From the human T2T-CHM13v2.0 reference genome, Homo sapiens: a DNA stretch of 64,000 nucleotides. This document shows, in pieces, positions 1 through 47,073 of this stretch. The stretch lies in NCBI RefSeq assembly GCF_009914755.1, contig NC_060947.1. One strand, 5' to 3'. Numbering within the stretch: the stretch's first letter is position 1; each line of letters starts with the position of its first letter. The notes beneath the pieces were generated by a model that worked only from the letters and a program-made list of their open reading frames with translations, ran no database searches and was not told where the DNA came from. Both the position numbers and the translations under genes were made by a program.

Positions 1-105
1 GTTACCTTGATTTGATCATTATACATTGTATGCTTGTATCAAAATAGTGCATGTACCCCATAAATACGTACTGTTCTACACCTATAAAAATTAATTTAAA
101 AAACT
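1..105 (+). mobile_element. Old L1 (L1M) 3' end fragment
   Basis: ttgatcattatacattgtatgcttgtatcaaaa...catgtaccccataaata followed by an A-rich tail. Confidence 0.7.
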
Positions 106-124
106 TAAGCTGACATGGATCTTA

Positions 125-871
<747 letters not shown>

Positions 872-1084
872 ATGGATGACTCAGTGTTTTGATGACCTAT
901 ACTAACCTGCCCATGCTGGGGATAGTGCCGAGATATACCCATTGATACAGAAATTACCTGCTGGTTTTGTCCTTCCAAATAAAAGATCTAGTATATCCTT
1001 CAAAAATACAAAAATTCCCTCCCTATGTTTATTTGGTTTGTTCCTAGGGGAAGCATTGGAAAGTTTAAGGCAGTGTGGTGGTGA

Positions 1085-34340
<33,256 letters not shown>

Positions 34341-34990
34341 GATCCAGCAGTATGAAGTATTCTTGCACTGCCATTTTCTTGCTGTTTTTGTTTTTAAAAA
34401 GTATTTTATGTTAGTGGTTAAATGATTTAGGTGATTAGTGTTTACTATTGTATTTGTCTTTAAAATTATTTTATCTTTTGATTTAAAATAGTACTTTAAA
34501 ATTAAGGGGTATTATTTTGGGCTGTGACTAAGGAAATTGAGATGGATGTACAACTAGCCCCATATTGAGCATACTTCATTGTATTCAGCTGTTTTCCTGT
34601 CAGCCATTTGTCAGCTTTATATTAGCTGATGGTACCAATTGATAAAATGAATATAAAGTATTTCATTGGTTCAAAAATCACACATCATATTAAACCATGC
34701 AGAATTGGAGTAACTTCCACTTTTTTCTAGAAAGTAAAACCAAGAGCCTTTGCTTCTGGATAACTCACTTAATATTAAATTAAAGAGCTCTTCACGTTTC
34801 TTGAGAATTATCTGAAGCCAGTTGCATTCTGTGATATCAGTTTTGAAGGCACATGGTTCTCTGCTTTAGATTTATCCCATATGCTATTGTTTAATACTGG
34901 ATGTATGTAAGTGTTTTACTGCACTGTATTGAATTGGTGTCTTTTGCACAGTTAGCAGTAAATAAAAATTAGCATTTAAAATTGCCAAAA
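34341..34990 (+). other. ALG13: ALG13 3'UTR (~650 nt, AU-rich)
   Basis: repeat-free AU-rich sequence between the stop and the AATAAA; end position inferred. Confidence 0.8.
34961..34966 (+). terminator. ALG13 polyadenylation signal AATAAA
   Basis: canonical hexamer with upstream TGTA motifs and a downstream GU/U-rich tract (34992-35020). Confidence 0.85.
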
Positions 34991-35302
34991 CGAGTGGGAT
35001 TTTTTCTTTTTGCATTTTCATGTCAGCAAAGAGTACCGGACATTTGATTGTTTCAACATGTTTTTTCTCTGGCATTTTGGTTGCAAAAGAATGTGAATTT
35101 TTAGCATGAACTGGTGGGGAGTAGTTGCAGGGCCACTTGAGATGTTATTTAATCTAGAGTCATTGCAGCACATACTACCATATCTACGCCTTTTCTCCAG
35201 AAAATGTTCCTTTTATGTTGTATGTGTGTGTGTGTTTTTTTAAAGCATTTATAACCCTCTTATAGAACTTCAGACTTCTCATTATCCTATACTTTCAATA
35301 GT

Positions 35303-35938
35303 TGTAGGAGCCAAGGGAAAACTCCTTCACCCTCTAAAGGTTCACCAAAAACTCAGCTCACAAAAGGCAGATAAAGAGAAAGGGCGTACAAATTTTATTA
35401 ATGTGTACATGGGAACCTTCAGAATGGAGACCCAAAAATACAGGGGAAATTGTCCATTTTTTATGCTTAGCTTCAATGAAGTATGGACAGCCATTAGAAA
35501 TATCATTGGACAAAAAGGGTATGATCTGCTAATGGACTTGAGTAGGGGAAACCCAACAAGGCTTGTTTGTATTCTTGCCCTCTCTGAGCACACATTCCTT
35601 CCTTCTGGGTGTGGGACAGGATCCTCTCTGGAATAGGGGGTCTTATGACAGTCAAACCAGGTAAATCAGATAGTTTTTTATGACCAGTTTTTACACAGAA
35701 AGGTGGAGTAATATCTTTAGGTTTTAGAAAAGTTAGAGTAATATTTTTAGGTTTTATGGCTGGCTTTCAGGAAAAAGGGGTTCTGGTTTCTATGACCCAC
35801 CTTGGGGAAGAGGGATTCTAGTTTCTATGGCTAGCTTTGGGGAAGAAGGAGACTGAGAGATAGGAGGGCAGGAGAAGGTCAGAGAAAAACTTGCTACTGA
35901 GGCCTTCATTCGGGGGTATTGTTTTCTGAGTCCAGACA
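35303..35938 (-). mobile_element. ERV1-class solo LTR (MER4-group, MER31/MER67-like)
   Basis: TG...CA termini; near 4-bp TSD tagt/ttgt; minus-strand polyA-like hexamer near the left end. Confidence 0.7.
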
Positions 35939-37903
35939 TTGTCACATCTTACCATTTTTGTTTTTAGACTTAATCTTGTATCTCTGAAGGCCTGGCTTGG
36001 CTTTGGCTTTGGCTTTGGCTTGCTGTGAGACACATTTCATCATCCTTTTTTGCCTTCTCCCTTTCATCTATCTGAAGACCACAAGATGTTCTGTATTGAT
36101 CAGTTCTTCTCTGAGGGGCAAATCGTCCTGAATGCTTTGCTCTGTCTCACCTGACAAACAGCTATTTAAAAAGTGTTCTTTGGTTGCCACAAAACCTATT
36201 TATATCGCTTTCTTAAAAGGTTATTTTTGTGACTCAGTCTCTCCTTTCCCCCTGTGGCTACACCTTGGCCAAAAAGAATAATTTGAGACATCAGGGCTTG
36301 AAGTACTTGAACAGTTGAAGGTACTGGAGTGGAACATTGCAAAGAAGATACATCTTCAATGTACTGTTCTCAAGATGATTGATATTGATGAGTTCTAAAT
36401 AAGCCAATGTACTAAAGGTTTCTGCTTCATAATAGACAGTACCGATTGGATTTGTTTTTGTATCCTTGATTTTAAGAAGGCCTTGCACTGTGAGTTAGCA
36501 TCTGACAACTTAAGGTGGATGGTAGTGCACTAATGTTTTAATAACAACCAACTGTGTGTACTAGTGTTTTAACTTCTCTGCTAACCTCCTGGGTTCTCAA
36601 TCTGTGCAGCCTGCAAATTGTGTTTTGCATAAAGGTTTGTTTTAGTCAAGCTTATAACATGGAACAGCCCCTTCCCAACATTTTTTGAATGTGCAAACAT
36701 TTCTGAAGTATACATAATTCACAGAAAGTGATTGTCCTTTGTTTTCAGTTGTCAGTGGTTCACTAGCTTCTAAGGGGTGTTTTAGAAGGTTGTAGTCTTG
36801 AGAAATATGGGTTTGGAATTTGGCGGGTTTTGAGACAAGCACATCTGCCTTAGATTTCCAGTAGATTTGTTTTTATTTCAAACTTACATAATGCTGCCTT
36901 GACTTGTGCTCTATTACCAATTAATGAAATTTAATCATGATTGGCATTAACGTAACCTGAAAGCAATGTGTGTACTAGATTGTGAACTATCAATTGAGGT
37001 CAGTATTTGTGGCCTGCTTAAATCATGCAAGTTCTCTTTGTTTATGTATTAGAATCAGTCTTCTCTAAAAATAATCAAGGAGTGAGTCCTGGCCCTCCTG
37101 TTGTTGGGGGAGAGGTGAGGGTAACCTGTACTGCTGCAGAAGTCTGCAGTCGTTCTTGGAGGCAGCTGCCAGGTAAAAAGGAAATGGTTTTTGTGATGAA
37201 AACCAAAACAAAACCCTAACACTTAATCACCATCTAGGATAAACATAGTGGTAGACTTCTCCTTTTTACAGATTACCTCTTAAGTTGCTCTTGTTACAAA
37301 AGGTATCCTGTCTTTTCTCTGCTTTTAACCAAATTTCAGCCATTTAGAATTGTTTGGGGAAGGAAATACAAAGGCACTGTAATTTGTTTGGAACCCTTTA
37401 CTTACAGCCCCTTCTTGACATAAATCTGGTTACGCTAAAGGTAAAAAGCTGGATAATTTCTCATAGCCAGGAAAAATAATTAAATTCATTTTTATGCTGT
37501 ATATATTCTCAAAACTGATTGTGGCTTTCTGCCTTGATTAAGAGCAGATGAAAACATTGAGTCGGTTTTACTGTTGAAATTTAAGACTTATGAATTTAAA
37601 ACAGCTTTCATTTCCTTAAAGCTTATAATCAAGGCATAACCTTTCAATTAGCTTTGGATTTAAAAGGATAAACAAATCATGGGATTTTTTATGTGAACAC
37701 CAGACATTCAGAACTTAGACAAATCTCCATAGATAATGAATGATATAGTCTATTGGGAAGGGTGGAGCATAAACTTAATCTAGACTTTTGTAAATCTGGG
37801 CCAAATTTAGTTCATTTCATATGAAACCTCTTTAAGGCCTTTTATATTTACGTTTATAATAAAGAATTTATATAATTTATATAAGAATTCAAGAGAACTA
37901 ATA

Positions 37904-38121
37904 CAGGTTGAGCATCCCTAATCTGAAAATCCAAAATGCTGCAAAATCTGAAACTTCTTGAGCACTGACTTGCTGCTCAAAATGTTCTTTGTGGCAATTT
38001 GGAATTTCGAATTAGGAATGCTCAACCAGTAAATATAAAGCAAATATTCTCAAACCTGAAAAGTTTTGAAATTCCAAACACTTCTGGTCCCAAACATTTC
38101 AGAAAAGGGATACTCAACCTA
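37904..38121. mobile_element. Tigger4a/MER46-type DNA transposon (opposite orientation to the 12609 copy)
   Basis: TIRs caggttgagcatccct / agggatactcaacct. Confidence 0.82.
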
Positions 38122-38778
38122 TGTAGCAAGAGACAACCTCTTGTTTCCCTCCATCCTACCTAGAATGTTAAGTTTCAGTAGGAGCAACTTGATTTAGAAC
38201 ACTTGTCTTCTCTCCTACCTCAATGACCAAAGGCAGTTTTCCCTAAAATGCTTTTCAGGGACATGGAGGGTGCCTGTGTGTGGGAGATGTAGCTTCAGGA
38301 AAGGATTGACCTGAGTTTAGGTAATGACCTACTGTGTGACTAAAACTGCTTTAGAGTGATTATGGGAAGTGCTTCAAAGTAATTTCAGGATGAGTATTAT
38401 AGATGAAAGAACATTAGCTGTGTGTCATTGAATAATTATCGTTGAAACTTAGGTTCATTATGCTATTTTGTTTGAAATTTTTGATAATAAAAACTACCTT
38501 GGTAACCTGCCATCTGGAGAGGAGATGTTTGCTTATGAAGTTAGTATGAGTTTGGGTTTTTTGAAATGTTGTCTTGAATCCTGAAAAGAATTAAACTTAT
38601 AAGGTTGTAGAGAGGCTGTCACATAAGGTCCGCCCCTTAAAACATCTGGAGTTTTGGGGAAAGCTATAGGATGGAAAATGGGTTCTTGAAATTCTGTAAT
38701 TAATATTTGCTAGCTACACGTAAAACTAGTTTTAATAAACACATGACATTTATTTGTAGTGGAAACTAATTGAGGTAA

Positions 38779-39129
<351 letters not shown>

Positions 39130-39789
39130 GATCACCACCACTTTTGAGTTTACTTTTTTTCTTATGGCCGCTGGTGAGGGGGGATCTTGGAAACAAGAAA
39201 ATCTGACTATTGTTTAGTATTTTTCCTGGTAGGTGTCTCTTGCCACTGAGTAGACCTTTTGTAAAGGGGATGGGGTCTTTACAAACAATATTGAGGTTAA
39301 ACTGAATCAGTTCTTATGAATTCAGACCAGTCAGTGAATAAAAACGTTAAAATCTGTTCTAGCCAAACATTATTGGTTCATAGTATTGATTTATTAGTGT
39401 TATATGGATGGTCAGTCCCCTCACATAATTAGCAAATCTTTCTTGCAGAACTTTTGGCTCTTTCCAGACTATATAATTCAGGTTTTTCCAAATTGTTTGC
39501 AGAATTGTTGAAAAAATTCTACCCTAATACTAGACTTAAAATAATGTTTTATTTCCTTGCTCTGGTATGTTGGCTGCCTCAAAGTGAAAATTTTTACCTT
39601 CATAAAAAGCTATTTTATATTCAGTTGTTTTGTTTGTTTTAGCAGTTGAAGTTTGTTTTGATTTTCTTTGATTCCTTTTAGCTCTGCTAAAATAGCTTCA
39701 ACTACCCAAGAAGTTTTTCCTTTCCTGGTTGTTTTGAAACATGGCATAGGATTTTGTTAATTTAGTTCTTTTTCTTTACTCACTGCTTA

Positions 39790-40890
39790 TTTTTTTTCCA
39801 ACATTTTCTTATAAAAATCTTTTAAACACAGAGCAGTTGAAGGAATTGTTCAGTTAACGTGTATATTTACTACCTAAGTTCTATACTTAACATTTTCCTA
39901 TACTTGCTTTTTCACATATCCATCTATAAGTCCTCATTTTTGATGCATTTCAAAGAAAATTGCAAACTTAAGTACAGATTACCTGTAAACATTTCATGCA
40001 TATTGTTAACCAGAGTTCAATAGTTGTTAAAGATTTTTTTTCTTTTGAGGTGAAGTTTACATGCAGTGAAATGCACAAATCTTAAGTGTTGGATGCAGTG
40101 AGGTTTGACAAATCACATACTTGTGAAACCCAAGCCCTGATCAAGATAACATTATCATCCCCAGGAAGTCTCTTCATGCTTCTTCCCAGTCAAATCTTTC
40201 TATCCCATTCCCCTGGGTAACCACTCTTGGTTCTGAGTTTTCCCCAATAGATTAGTTTTCTGTTTTTCTAACTACATAAATGAAAGTATATGCTCTCTTG
40301 TGTAAGGCTTCTTTCAGCATAAGGTATTTGGGATTTATCTATGTTGTATGTATCAAAAATTTATTGCTGAATATTATTTCATTGTATGAATATGCCATAG
40401 TTTATCCTTTTGATGGACACCTGGGCCGTTTCCAGTTTTTTTTACATATTATAAATAAAGCTTCTATGGATATTTTTCTGTAAATCTTTTTATGAGCACG
40501 TTATCATTTATCTTGGAATAGAATTATTGGGTCATAGGTGAGATGCATGTTTAGTTTTTTTTATAAGAAACCGCAGGACATTTTTCTCAAGTGGTTGTAC
40601 CATTTTAAACTCCCATCAGCAATGTATGACAGTTCCAGTTTCTCATTACCATCAGCATATGATGGTGTCAGTGGTTTTTATTTTAGTCATTTTGGTGGAT
40701 GTGTAGTAAGTGGTATCTCATTGTAGTAAGTGGTATCTAATTTGCATTTCCCTGATTGTTTTTCATATCAAGCATTTTTATGTGCTTGTTCATTTGTATA
40801 CCTTTGTGAAGTGTGTTCAAATAATTTGTGTTATTGCATTATAGGAGTTCTTTGTATATGCTGGTTGCAAATCTTTGTCAGATATACTTC
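39790..40890 (-). mobile_element. Old L1M fragments
   Basis: L1M 3'UTR motifs similar to 20270-21200. Confidence 0.65.
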
Positions 40891-40892
40891 TG

Positions 40893-41600
40893 TTTTTTTT
40901 TTTATTATTATACTTTAAGTTCTAGGGTACATGTGCACAACATGCAGGCTTATTACATACGTATACGTGTGCCATGTTGGTGTGCTGCACCCATTAACTC
41001 GTCATTTACATTAGGTATATCTCCTAATGCTATCCCTCCCCCCACCCCCACCCCATGACAGGCCCCAGTGTGTGATGTTCCCCTTCCTGTGTCCATGTGT
41101 TCTCATTGTTCAATTCCCACCTATGAGTGAGAACATGCGGTATTTGGTTTTTTGTCCTTGTGATAGTTTGCTGAGAATGATGGTTTCCAGCTTCATCCGT
41201 GTCCCTACAAAGGACATGAACTCATCATTTTTTATGGCTGCATAGTATTCCATGGTGTATATGTGCCACATTTTCTTAATCCAGTCTATCATTGATGGAC
41301 ATTTGGGTTGGTTCCAAGTCTTTGCTATTGTGAATAGTGCCACAATAAACATACGTGTGCATGTGTCTTTATAGCAGCATGATTTATAATCCTTTGGGTA
41401 TATACCCAGTAATGGGATGGCTGGGTCAAATGGTATTTCTAGTTCTAGATCCTTGAGGAATCGCCACACTGTCTTCCACAATGGTTAAACTAGTTTACAG
41501 TCCCACCAACAGTGTAAAAGTGCTCCTATTTCTCCAGCACCTGTTGTTTCCTGACTTTTTAATGATTGCCATTCTAACTGGTGTGAGATGTTATCTCATT
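40893..41600 (-). mobile_element. Young L1PA 3' end (~0.7 kb)
   Basis: tatactttaagttctagggtacatgtgcacaac; intact ORF2 C-terminus 41110..41481; TSD acttctg. Confidence 0.93.
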
Positions 41601-42374
41601 TGTGACTTCTGCTTATTTTAATTATGCTTATCTAACCAGTGTGTAAATGTTGTACACTCATTTATGCTTAAAATAATTAGGCCAGGACTTACAGGTGAGT
41701 TATTTAGCTGAAAGTTAAGCTTTTCTGATATGCTAACCAGTGCCCTGCTGGTGTAAAAGTTAATCAGTAAAATAAGACAATCAAACTTCAGGAATCTGAA
41801 TTAGTAGAAAGCTAGTTGCTGAAAAGTCTGTTACTACAAAAAAAGCTGAAGGAGAAACGTCAACTGATTCTGGAATTATTGCTCAGATGTCCTCAGATGA
41901 CACTGGTTTAATCATGACCAGCTTAACCTCCATTTATATGTCTTCTCACTGTCTCACAGATTCCAACTGTTCTATGCAATATGTATCATACTTTTAAGTA
42001 CTCAATGAAGAATAATTAATTTCCAGGATTGGGCCTCTAAGGTTTTTCAATGTTGTAAGCTATAGCTTTAAAACTGTATTGGTCTCTTTACTTCATCTCA
42101 TAGTTCTTATAAATTATTATTAAATTCTTAAATACTAGTCAGCTTTGTTTAATGGAAGATATAAAAATCAGAATATTTATTCTCATATACTTTTCAAAAT
42201 ATATTGGACTGTGGAGGTCTCCCATTAGTGTTTCTGCTAGGCAAATTACATTGTGAAGTCTTTTGTTCATAAATGTTAATAATAGGTGGCTACGAATGAT
42301 TACACTGAAAAAGGGAGGAACATAACACCTTAAAATCTGAGTTGTCACACATTTCAGGGGAAAAAAGTAAATAC

Positions 42375-42380
42375 TTTATT
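42375..42380 (-). terminator. Distal TRPC5 polyadenylation signal AATAAA (second copy 42416-42421)
   Basis: tttatt on the + strand, with TGTA elements upstream on the - strand. Confidence 0.65.
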
Positions 42381-44269
42381 TTGTTGATACTGAAGCTAAA
42401 AATACACAAAATTATTTTATTGTACAAGATTCTTTTTAATACATTAAGATTGACACTGTGCACTTACAGAAAGTGTTTAAATAAAAGTGATAGTTATTCA
42501 AAGAGATTTCCACTTTGAAAATAGTCTTCAAAGCCAGTGTCATTTACACAGACACATTTGGAATTTTCCCTTTTCATGATTATGCTCAAGATGTATCATT
42601 TTAAACTGAAATTTGACACACTTTCTATATGGTGATATGTGGTTGGGGCTGCCAACTAGGCTTAGAAGGTGAATTACACATAGCTCGTATTCTCTAGTAT
42701 TCTCCTTCCTGCTACCAAATGTTAGTTTGTAGCTGCAGACTGCATTCATTGTTTTGAGTAGAAAGAAACTCCCATCCCTAATTTCAACCCCATTTTTGAG
42801 AAATATGGAATAAATAGAATCCTGTGAAGAGTTTAACTATTGTTCTGTTGAATAGTACCTCTGGTGTGCATTCCTATTATAAGAAACAAACTAAAATGTA
42901 TTTGCTTGAGAAGGATGTGTTTATCCTTATCTGAAGTGTCCTGGGGAAGGTCTGTGTCTTTACTGTTGAGATAAGATACAGCTTTACTTTTACTTTGTTA
43001 AGGTAGTAATTTGAACACTTAATTTTAAAGTTAATTTATCGAATTGAATTTCCTTTTACATTAAACCACAGACTAATGTGTTAACCCTTTGGGTTTAGAG
43101 GACTCTTCATGTGCTCACATAATATTCATTTTGGTGTCATTGGTCCCACTTATCCTGTTAAGACACTTGAGAATTCTGGCTGCTTCTCCTGCCCACGTAC
43201 ACTAAGCACAGTTATCACTGATTTATTGGACTACAGGTTACTTTGCCTTGGATATTTAAACTGATTGCTTAATATGTTTTACAAGGAGGTCCTACAAGGT
43301 GTGGCCACAACATGATGAGGCTATACTTTAAATACCATGACTAGATCTTATACAGGAAATACTTAATCTGAATATGTGACTTTCAAATGACCTGAACACA
43401 TTCAGCTAGCTAGCTGCCATCTTCCTATTAGAGTTTCTTTCCATTGCTTCTGCCACCGTGGGTTCTTATGAGTCCAAAATCCTCCCCTCTGTTCTCTATG
43501 GAGGTTAGTGGTTTTTCTTTACTGTCCCTCTCCCTGATAACAGCCTAGTCACCAGAGCCTCTGTGCTATACAATGTCATTTCTTAAGGATCAAATAAGTT
43601 TGAGGAGTCAATTCTGAGTTTATTTACAGCATAAGCCATTGGAACTCAATGTATTTTACTGTTTAAACACAAAGGGTTAATCATTATGGTTGTTCCCAAA
43701 TCAGTGAAGCTTCTCTATCTAAATATATTGCTCTTTAAAGTGTTCTCTTCAGGAGGCTATGTGCTTATTCATGTAAGGCTACCACTGCTCCAAGCATAAT
43801 TGAAACTAGATTCCAGGATACAAAGGAGAACAAGCATTCTTGAGGGGGTGATGGAGATATTCTATAACTTGATTTTGGCTGGTGCTTCCAGGGGTATATA
43901 CAACTCTGAAAACTCACCAATTTGTACACTTTAAATGAATGCAGGTAATTGTACATAAATCATTCCTCAATAAAGTTAATTAGGGGAAAAAAACTAGATT
44001 CCCAAGAACAGTTCCAGGTCCCTTACAAATCCCACAAGAGACAATCTCATTATTTTATAATTGCACCTATCAAAGTGCCTATTGTGTAGTAGCACTTGAA
44101 AATGTTTTTTGTTTGTTCGTTTGTTTGTTTTTAACCAGAGAAAGTGGTACTCATCTTGACTACCACATGTTTTACCAAGTGTGGATCTAAAATTACTTTT
44201 GGCAATTTCTAAATTCCTAAAAATTTAATCTTATAGGATCATGATTTTCTACCATTGAGGATATTCAGA

Positions 44270-44430
44270 GATTGTACTGTGGACTTTGAAAGTCATTTCA
44301 AAAGCAGAAGTCCAAAGTGGGTAGAGTAATGGCAGCATCATTAGAATATGGGTATGGCTTTTTAAGGTGACTACTTTAAAGGACCACGTTCATTTGGGTG
44401 CATAAGTTCTGGTATGTTTATGAAAATATC
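44270..44430. mobile_element. Ancient mariner-type (MARNA-like) fragment
   Basis: aatggcagcatcattagaat...aaggtgactacttt resembles the mariner transposase C-terminus. Confidence 0.45.
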
Positions 44431-46778
44431 AGTCATTATCCTATTTTATGTTTATTCCAAATTTATGAGGCTAAAAGATGACAGCAGATACATAATCTGG
44501 CTTTTTGCCATAGTGCCCTTCCTTACCTTTCATTTCTCTTTCATGTTGTTTTGACAAACCCACTTTATTTCTTAGATAAAATTTGAAGGAAGTGATCTTT
44601 CCAATTGGCTAAAGTGTACATATTTATGAAAGCCCATCTGTGATATTGCATTATGGGTGTGGTGTGTTGAACTTATATTTACAGTGATCCCAAGGTTGAG
44701 AACTTGTTAACATCTGAAATTTAACCCAAATATGACCCAAAATTTGAAAAATGATTTACCGGTAGTTCTGCTTTCATATATTGTTGCATTTTTTGAATTT
44801 CATTAAAGGAGAAATGATGATGCTAATGTTTTAATTAACCATTTTAAATTATATTTTTAATTCAGGTTATTCATCTCAATTTGGCCATCCAAAAAACTGA
44901 CAATTTGGTGGTTTAGCCCCGTGTTTTAAAGTGTATATCCTCACTCATCCTTACTTCAAAAGCTTTTCCAACTGTCTCTTTACTACACTATCACCATCTA
45001 AGTTTCCCAATCCCAGCAAAAATCCAAAGCCTCCTTTCTTCCTTCCAAGGGTCAGCTTTAAGAGTTGTGTAAGAGCGGAGAACTGTCAAGAGGGTTCCTA
45101 GGTTGGAAGGCAATTGGTGGCAATGAGTATTTTGGGGATATATTGAACTTCTGGGAAAAGATACAAAATGGCCAATCCCAGCTTAATTGTACTTTCAAAT
45201 GGCTGGCTACCTTAGGCTTAAATAAAAGGCACACTGCCACATATTCATTCAAGTGCCACTAAGGACAGTGCCTTTTGTGTGTATGTATGTAAGCTCCTGG
45301 GATGTTAGGTTGCCCCAAAACCTGCTAAAGTCAAAGGGCAAATATGCTGAAAAATGGTGAAAATGACCTTCACGTTGCAAGTCATTCTAACCTACTTCAG
45401 TTAGTCTTTTTTGGTTCTATCAAGTCACTGGAGTTATAAAGAAAGTTCTTTGAGGGGGAGGAGGGTAGGACAGATACATGCTACTTTCAGGGATGTATGA
45501 CAGTTGATTTCAATGATCAAAAGTTGTGGGCTGTTTATGTTCCTACAGAAATTGTTTGTCATTTATTTGTGTAGTAACAGGAAGCCTCTAGAGCTTTCAC
45601 ATCTTTTCACATCATATAAGAAAACTAGCTTTTTGGCATAAGGGCATTCCACTTAGTTTTATGTTTAAATATTATAATTCTTAATATGTATATGTCTCTC
45701 AGGTACCACAAACATTGATGGTATATCTTTAGAAAAAGAATGAACACAACTCAGATCCAGTAATCAAGTACAAGATACAAATCCACTCAAGTTGGGGATA
45801 ACACAAATACTGAGCCTAAAGATGCTAGAGCACACTGGCTTGCTGCCTCTATCATTCCAGCAGTTAACTCTGTTTCTTAAACATTACATTTTCTAAAAGT
45901 AAAGCTCTCACAAAGCACCCACTAACACCTCCTCTGGATCACCACACAAAAGATGAAAATCCTAGGCCACGTACCAGCATATGAATGAATATTAACACCT
46001 CAAGTATGCACCAAATCTCAGGTATACAGTAAATCTGAAGTATGCAGACTGACTTTATTTTGCCAAAAATGTGTATATTTAAGTCTTCCAGGTAAGTTAT
46101 TCTGACCTAAATGCTTTTTTTTTTTTTTAAACAAAACCAGGAACCTCAAATCTTGATAGCTCTCAATATAAAAGTGCTACAGAAGATGCTGTCATGGCAG
46201 TTCATTTTGGCAATTCCTCACAGCTCAGGAAATGTCTCATTGAAAAGTTATTCTTGCTTCCCTCTCTTCAAAATGATCTAGTAATTACCTAAAGGGATAA
46301 AGGGCCAAGGGCAGAACCATCAAATGCTGTTAAGTTTTGTTATGTGTGTCTATGTATATACACAGACACGTTCTCACTTTTACAGACATCCCTCAAAAGG
46401 CAAAGCAAGCCAAAACCCACATCTGTTGGAAAAAAAGTTACTGGAAGGTTCATTGGAAATATAATGGTAACAATGTTTCTCTCTGCTGAAGTAAAGCTCA
46501 CATTCATTTGGGGTACTCAGATCCCACTGCCGAGTCCTACACCAACAAGGTGGATATTTGGAGCAATTATCTAGATAAAGTAAGCCAAAGAAACAATCTA
46601 AAATATCCTTAGTTTTGAGGCAAAGCTGCAGGGATTGAAGGTAGGGCTGTGAAGTAGGTATGAAGAGGTTATTTAAATGATCTGAACACTTGGATCAATT
46701 TGCATTGACTATGTCTATATGAGCAATCTTTTGAAAACTTGATTACCAAGAAAATATACTCAATTTTTCTTAGGTACC

Positions 46779-47073
<295 letters not shown>

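Noticed and set aside
35989-36022. (GGCTTT)n hexamer run giving KPKPKP in a minus-strand ORF
   Set aside because: Short intergenic microsatellite; the ORF lacks an ATG context and splice support.
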